From contig CP064967.1 of the NCBI GenBank assembly GCA_016699265.1, forward strand, positions 90,001 through 122,000: a DNA stretch of 32,000 nucleotides, read 5' to 3'. This document shows positions 28,077 to 32,000 of this stretch, in pieces. Source of the stretch: Candidatus Saccharimonadota bacterium (lineage in GTDB: Bacteria > Patescibacteriota > Microgenomatia > UBA1406 > GWC2-37-13). The notes beneath the pieces are model-generated. The model was not told the DNA's origin, ran no database searches, and worked only from the letters and a program-made list of their open reading frames with translations. Every line of letters begins with the position of its first letter. Within the stretch, counting starts at the first letter, position 1. The translations under genes were made by a program, and so were the position numbers.

Positions 28077-28703
28077 ATGACCTATATCATTCTGTCTCTT
28101 GCGGTCTTTACTTTAGGACTCATTGCGGTGTATGCCTATTTCATAATCAAAAATGAGTTTGGAATTTCTAAGTATGAAAAGCATGCTAAGAAAAAAATAG
28201 ATGAACACATGAAACGGGTGATAAATAGTTCAGAAGCAGTTTTGAACGAATCGACCGAGAAAATGAATCGACTATTATCACAGACGAATCATTTTAAAGG
28301 CACTATCGAGTCTCAAGCAAAAATGATCTTCGAAGATTTTAAAGATAGGTATGTGGCTAGTCTTAACTCAGAGCTTGCCTCAGTAGAAAAACAATATGAG
28401 GAAGCGTTTTATCAAAATATGAAGGATCTAAGAAAGAAACTGGACGGCAGGTTTAAGGAACAGATGGACAAGACCGATGAGCTTGTGGAAGTTTTTAAGA
28501 AGACGCAGTTTGAGAACGTAACTAGGGAACTTGAAGCGTATAGAAAGCAGCAGGAGGAAAAAAGTGTGCAAGAACTACAGATAATTTTTACAAAAGTACT
28601 AGACGACGTGGTTAAGAAATCGTTAACTAAGGAAGATCAAAAAAGGCTCATATGGAGCTCCTTAGAATCAATAAAGAAAGATTTTTTTTCAGGTAAAAAA
28701 TAA
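28077..28703 (+). CDS. atpF: F-type ATPase stator stalk subunit b-like
   Basis: One N-terminal TM helix (IILSLAVFTLGLIAVYAYFII) followed by a long charged helical region. It sits between the c-like and delta genes. Confidence 0.6.
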   Translation: MTYIILSLAVFTLGLIAVYAYFIIKNEFGISKYEKHAKKKIDEHMKRVINSSEAVLNESTEKMNRLLSQTNHFKGTIESQAKMIFEDFKDRYVASLNSELASVEKQYEEAFYQNMKDLRKKLDGRFKEQMDKTDELVEVFKKTQFENVTRELEAYRKQQEEKSVQELQIIFTKVLDDVVKKSLTKEDQKRLIWSSLESIKKDFFSGKK

Positions 28704-28707
28704 TGAT

Positions 28708-29181
28708 ATGAACGATGTCTTAAGTTTTTTTGAAGGTCTCATCTTGGTGAGCGATCGTGAAAAACTCATTGATCAGATAGAGATGGTCAGACGTGAAATT
28801 TTTGCTGTAAGTAATTCCGAGACATTGGAGCAAACACTTAAAAAACAACTATCAGAATCGAGGGCAAAGGAGTTTTTTTTGTATCTAAGTAAGTATAAAA
28901 AAAATATATATGATGGACATATTATTGAGGAAATTCTGGAGTCCCTAAGAGGTAAGGCAATGGATCTGGACGTAGTAAGACTGAGCCTTGCCATAGATAT
29001 GAGTAGATCGGAGATATCCGAGCTACATACGAAGCTGACCGAACAACTTAATCAACGCGTTCTATTAGATGTCCACATAGAGCCTTCACTCCTCGGGGGA
29101 TTGAGGCTAGAATATAATGGCGTCTATCTCGATTTATCTTTGTCGACCAGAATTAAAGGCATGATCCAACCTAGCCGTTAA
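28708..29181 (+). CDS. atpH: F-type ATPase subunit delta (OSCP-like), short form
   Basis: The C-terminal VHIEPSLLGGLRLEYNGVYLDLSLSTRIKGM matches the delta pattern (D..liGG..i..g...iD.S....L). It lies immediately before alpha. Confidence 0.65.
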   Translation: MNDVLSFFEGLILVSDREKLIDQIEMVRREIFAVSNSETLEQTLKKQLSESRAKEFFLYLSKYKKNIYDGHIIEEILESLRGKAMDLDVVRLSLAIDMSRSEISELHTKLTEQLNQRVLLDVHIEPSLLGGLRLEYNGVYLDLSLSTRIKGMIQPSR

Positions 29182-29199
29182 TATTACTTTTTGAAAAAT

Positions 29200-30678
29200 A
29201 TGGATACCTATCAGAGCTATTTAGACACATTGAAGGAATATGGAGTAGTAACGAACGTGCATAATCATATGGTGAACGTTGACGGTCTGCCAAGTGTACG
29301 AATCGGTGAGCTCGTGTTGTTTGAGACGGGTGAGTGGGGATATGTATTCCGAATTGAGCGAGGAATAGTTCGAATTCTATTATTTTCTCAGACCCATATT
29401 CGAGTAGGGACAAAACTGGTGAGAACCGGAAAGACGATTTCCATTCCGGTAGGGCCCGAACTAAAAGGTTGTGTTATTGATCCGCTTGGAAGAATCATAT
29501 TACCGACACCAACCTATAGAAAGCCAAAGGTCGTACGTGAGGCGGTGCTTGAACAGATATCATTGTTAGATCGTAGAGTTCGAATTAGTAAACCCTTTTT
29601 TACCGGTGTAACCATGGTTGATTTTATGGTTCCACTCGGTAAAGGACAAAAGCAGGTAATAGTAGGAGACAGAAAGGTAGGAAAAAGTAGTTTTTTTTTC
29701 ACGACTGTAAAAACTCAGGTTAAGGAAAATCCTTCGCAGGTAATTATTTACGCCCTTATCGGAAAGAGTAAATCAGATGTGAAGCAATTAATTGAGAAGT
29801 ATAGATCGGCAAACCTCAGCTCACAGGTAATTTTTGTTGTTAGTACGTCGGAGGACTCACCAAGCATGATTGCTTTTACTCCTACAACGGCTATGGTTAT
29901 AGCGCAGTACTTTAAAAGCGAAGGTGTAGACTCGGTGGTTATCCTTGACGATCTCACAACGCACGCCAAATACTACCGTGAAATTATGTTGACCGGAGGT
30001 GAGTTTCCTGGTCGAGATTCGTATCCAGGAGATACTTTTTTTGTACATGCTAGACTGTTGGAAGCATCAGGAAACTACAGATCAAAAGACAATAAAGAGG
30101 TATCTATAACCTGTTTTCCTGTGGTAGAGACAATTGAAGGCGATCTGACCGGCTACATATGTACAAATATTATGAGTATGACCGATGGTCATGTTTTTTA
30201 TGATAGCAATGCGTACTTTAACGGGAGAAGGCCAGCGATTGAGCCATTACTTTCAGTAACTAGAGTAGGTAAGCAGGCTCAGTCATCACTTAAGCGTGAG
30301 ATTAATCATGAGGTTTCGGTGTTTTTATCTGAGTACGAACGTTCACTTAACTACTCACATTTTGGTGCCGAACTCTCACAAAAGATTAAGGACATTATTA
30401 AAAAGGGTGATTTGTTATATAAATTTTTTGACCAGAATTATGCGGAGCTCTTTCCAGAGGCAGTTCAGTTTGTTCTTTTCGCGCTAATATGGCTTAACAT
30501 AACGGATAAAATTCCTAACGTTAATATTGCTAGGTGTAAACAGCAATTAAGTTCTGCATTTGTAGCTGAACAGAGTCGACAACTTTTCGATTTATCATTA
30601 AATGCTAAGACGATGTACGAGTTATTAACGCGTGTTTCTCAGAATGAGCAGGAGTTTCTTACTATATGCAAAGTTTAA
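29200..30678 (+). CDS. atpA: F-type ATPase subunit alpha (divergent)
   Basis: GDRKVGKSS Walker A (canonical GDRQTGKT), VILDDLTTHAKYYREI, PGRDSYPGDTFFVHARLLE, ETIEGDLTGYICTNIMSMTDGHVF, RPAIEPLLSVTRVG. The ATG at 29200 lies 9 nt inside the TTG-initiated ORF. Confidence 0.85.
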   Translation: MDTYQSYLDTLKEYGVVTNVHNHMVNVDGLPSVRIGELVLFETGEWGYVFRIERGIVRILLFSQTHIRVGTKLVRTGKTISIPVGPELKGCVIDPLGRIILPTPTYRKPKVVREAVLEQISLLDRRVRISKPFFTGVTMVDFMVPLGKGQKQVIVGDRKVGKSSFFFTTVKTQVKENPSQVIIYALIGKSKSDVKQLIEKYRSANLSSQVIFVVSTSEDSPSMIAFTPTTAMVIAQYFKSEGVDSVVILDDLTTHAKYYREIMLTGGEFPGRDSYPGDTFFVHARLLEASGNYRSKDNKEVSITCFPVVETIEGDLTGYICTNIMSMTDGHVFYDSNAYFNGRRPAIEPLLSVTRVGKQAQSSLKREINHEVSVFLSEYERSLNYSHFGAELSQKIKDIIKKGDLLYKFFDQNYAELFPEAVQFVLFALIWLNITDKIPNVNIARCKQQLSSAFVAEQSRQLFDLSLNAKTMYELLTRVSQNEQEFLTICKV

Positions 30679-31541
30679 AATTCATTAACAAAGAGATGCC
30701 GGTTCTACAAAGTTTGCGCACAATAGCACAGGTATATCAGGAAACATCAATTATCAAAATTCAAGATGTTCGTACTGGAGTCGTGAAAACACGAGATTAT
30801 CTTTCGGGACTTTCTCAGATCTATTCCGAACTTAAATCTGCACGTTCAGGGGAGATTGCTCGACTTAACAAGACAAGACAACACAATAAGACAGTGACCA
30901 ATACAGGCAAACTGCAAAAAACATTAATTATTTTGCTGTCTGCAAATACGAAGCTTTATGGTGCCATAGTCCAGGATGTTTACCAACTTTTTGTTGAGGC
31001 AATAAAAAAAGAACCAGATGCTGATATTCTTATTGTAGGAAGGTTGGGTGAACGGTTATTTAAGGAAACGGGATTAGAGCGAAAGCATCTATTCTTTGAG
31101 ATCCCTGATGCAAATCTACAGACCAATGACCTTGAACCAATTATTTTTCATATAGTTAAATACGAAAAGGTCATTGTGTTTCATGGAAAGTTTTACAATC
31201 TAATGACGCAGAGAGCGATAAGGGCGAATATTACGGGAGATGTAATGGTAGAGGAGGGTATGCTTCAAGAGAATCATGCGGTAAAGCAATTTTTATTTGA
31301 ACCAAATCTTGAGAAGTTGATCCAGTTTTTTGAAACTCAAATATTCGCCACACTTTTTAGGCAAACCGTACATGAGTCTGAACTTGCGCGCTATGCATCT
31401 CGAGTAAATGCAATGGAAGAGTCACTGCAGTTTATAAAAAGAAGACAAAAAGAACTTCAAGATGCGAAAAAAAGATTTACCCGAGCGAGTCAACAAAAAA
31501 AGCAATTAGAGAGACTTTCAGGAATGCGTCTCTGGAGGTAA
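30666..31541 (+). CDS. atpG: F-type ATPase subunit gamma
   Basis: The N-terminal helix (LQSLRTIAQVYQETSIIKIQ) and C-terminal helix (ELARYASRVNAMEESLQFIKRRQKEL...QQKKQLERL) fit gamma. It lies between alpha and beta and overlaps alpha by 13 bp. Confidence 0.75.
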   Translation: MQSLKFINKEMPVLQSLRTIAQVYQETSIIKIQDVRTGVVKTRDYLSGLSQIYSELKSARSGEIARLNKTRQHNKTVTNTGKLQKTLIILLSANTKLYGAIVQDVYQLFVEAIKKEPDADILIVGRLGERLFKETGLERKHLFFEIPDANLQTNDLEPIIFHIVKYEKVIVFHGKFYNLMTQRAIRANITGDVMVEEGMLQENHAVKQFLFEPNLEKLIQFFETQIFATLFRQTVHESELARYASRVNAMEESLQFIKRRQKELQDAKKRFTRASQQKKQLERLSGMRLWR

Positions 31542-31555
31542 CAAGCACAAAGGTA

Positions 31556-32000
31556 TGAAAGAAGGAACAATTACAGCTATTAAAGGTCAGATAATCGAGG
31601 TTGAGTTCCGCGAGGATAAACCCGCCATCAACGATATTCTAACTCTTGAAAACGATCCTACAGCTATTTTTGAGGTGTATTCTTCAGCGTCCGACGAATC
31701 ATTTTATTGCTTTTTGCTAAGGAGTTCTCAGCAACTTCAACGAGGCATGAAGGTTCTAAACACAAAAAAACCATTAGTAGTGCCTGTAGGTAAAGGTTTG
31801 CTTGGTAGAGTAATAAATGTTTTTGGGGAGCCTTTAGATGGAGAAGCTCCGCTTGAGAATCTTACCTACGCTCCTATTTCACCCACAGATATTCCATATG
31901 ATCACATTTCGGTGCCATCTGTATTCTTGGAAACAGGCATCAAGGTTATAGATTTTTTCTCCCCCATATTAAAAGGTAGTAGAGTTGGATTATTCGGAGG
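31556..32000 (+). CDS. atpD: F-type ATPase subunit beta, 5' partial (runs off the window)
   Basis: The ATG at 31556 follows aaagg. MKEGTITAIKGQIIEVEF...PVGKGLLGRVINVFGEPLDG...[24 protein letters not shown] leads into the expected GAGVGKT P-loop. The ORF is absent from the track because it has no stop in the window. Confidence 0.85.

Overview
Bacterial window of low-to-moderate GC. Gene content and style suggest a Patescibacteria/CPR-like organism: a giant repetitive surface-fibre gene, GT-C/TPR membrane proteins, very divergent F-type ATPase genes and tightly overlapping operons. That assignment is inference only. There are three blocks. (i) 1-17135, + strand, is homologous throughout to one family of Ser/Thr/Gly/Asn-rich fibre modules. 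It holds an A/B tandem module array (1-7680), a scrambled zone (7681-9028) and a frame-broken copy of a 2592-bp unit (9029-11506). These are followed by the only long intact ORF (11507-16309, no credible start of its own) and a frameshifted C-terminal continuation (16287-17135). The 5' end of this gene lies upstream of the window. (ii) 17147-24311, - strand, is a six-gene, translationally coupled envelope-glycosylation-type operon. It encodes two GT-C membrane proteins (one with C-terminal TPRs), an ArnC/GtrB/DPM1-like GT2, an SDR epimerase/dehydratase and two paralogous class-A beta-lactamase-fold proteins. It converges on the fibre gene with an 11-bp gap. (iii) 24413-32000 holds a small membrane protein with a textbook promoter and a bidirectional terminator, an M23 peptidase, ndk, and an F-type ATPase operon (b, delta, alpha, gamma, beta). 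This operon lacks atpB and atpE. It is headed instead by a secreted-domain protein ending in a c-subunit-like hairpin whose ion-binding carboxylate position is Cys, and its outer domain is homologous to the C-terminus of the giant fibre. The main caution concerns the frame damage in the fibre locus. It may be real (decay, or a silent-cassette reservoir) or an unpolished or collapsed repeat assembly. Parts of it, where A and B words interleave, look like consensus artefact. No tRNA, rRNA, CRISPR, transposase or reverse transcriptase was seen.
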